From Chiloscyllium plagiosum (taxonomy: Eukaryota), in the NCBI RefSeq assembly GCF_004010195.1, contig NC_057752.1, forward strand, positions 8,754,387 through 8,818,386: DNA of 64,000 nt, read 5' to 3'. Each line of letters opens with the position of its first letter. The stretch's first letter is position 1. The notes beneath the pieces are model-generated. The model was not told the DNA's origin. It worked only from the letters and a program-made list of their open reading frames with translations, and ran no database searches. Positions 63,110 to 64,000 of this stretch are shown in pieces. The position numbers and the translations under genes were made by a program.

Positions 63110-63330
63110 AAACCTTGCATTTATGCAGCACCTATAATGAACACAGGATATCATAAAGTACTGCAAGCCAACGTATTTCGCTTGAAGTGTTGTTTTGAAG
63201 GTTAATGAAGCAGCTAATTTGTGCAAAACAAAATCCCACAAACAGTAAGCAAATGAATGCCCAATTTATCTGTGTTGAGTGTGTTGACTGAGGGGAGAAT
63301 GTCGGCCAAGTCTTTAGACAAACCCCCTGC
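63110..63330 (-). mobile_element. Deu-domain SINE remnant (intronic)
   Basis: cttgcatttat...gcagctaatttgtgc...atcccacaaacag...gactgagggga matches the reversed Deu domain. Confidence 0.55.
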
Positions 63331-63373
63331 TATGGGATTTGGGGCCATCAGGGGAGTCAGAAACAAGTGGGAA

Positions 63374-63640
63374 AATCTTGAAGTTAGAATTTAGGGGACC
63401 AAAGGGGCAGATTTTCATACAGAGGGTGGTGCGTGTATGGAATGAGCTGCCAGAGGAAGTGCTGGAGACAGGTACAATTGCAACATTTAAAAGGCATCTG
63501 GATGGGTATATGAATAGGAAGGTTTCAGAGGGATATGGACCAAATACTGGCAAATGGGATGAGATGAATTTAGGATATCGGGTCAGCGTGGACAAGTTGA
63601 GCTGAAGGGTCTGTTTCCGTGCTGTACAACTCTATGACTC
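63374..63640 (+). mobile_element. CR1 3' terminal fragment
   Basis: QRVVRVWNELPEEV; 3' UTR ending ctctatgact. Confidence 0.88.
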
Positions 63641-64000
63641 CTTGATTTCAAGGTGAATTCAAGAGGCACACTTTCACACTAAGATGATCAGCATTCTCTT
63701 TGTCCAAAAGGTTGTGGGTGATGGATCAATCAAAATTTTCCAAGGTTGAGATTGATAAATTTTGCTTTGAATAAGGGAGGTCAGGAGGTAAATGGAGCGA
63801 GGTGCAGATTCGCAATGATCTAATTGAACAGCAGAACATTTCTGAAGGAATGAATGGCCCCCTGCTGTTCCTCCATTCCTCAATGAAAGCTAGTTCTGAA
63901 AGGAAAAATAAGCTTTCATGTCAAGGAGTAGACCTGTTGTGTTAATCTCTTCACAATTCTTGCATTATTTCACCATTGTTCACCTTGATGAGAAAGGTTC

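Overview
Eukaryotic, repeat-rich vertebrate genomic DNA, most likely a shark (inferred from the CR1 LINE, HE1/V-SINE-like, Deu-SINE-like and Penelope repeat content). There is no prokaryotic gene structure, and most entries in the ORF track are transposon fragments or antisense/spurious frames. Two host genes lie on the minus strand. (1) The last two coding exons of a TANK-like adaptor (62000-61405 with the TRAF-binding PIQCTD motif; 58967-58788 with the C-terminal CEFCQAVFP...HL.GH zinc finger). (2) A 45-nt first coding exon (21731-21687, MPAGSQESECALSYQ), too short for the ORF track, in a CpG-rich promoter and matching the SLC4A8 N-terminus. A TANK-like gene directly upstream of SLC4A8, with no PSMD14/TBR1 exons recognised between them, suggests a fourth TANK/AZI2/TBKBP1 ohnolog not known in mammals. 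The intergenic region holds a nested Gmr1-type (PR-IN-RT-RH) LTR retrotransposon complex and many CR1 copies. It also has Penelope-like elements whose termini carry minimal hammerhead-ribozyme motifs, including short hairpin-shaped mini-elements with 12-17 bp target-site duplications. All homology calls were made by eye from recalled sequences and need database confirmation.
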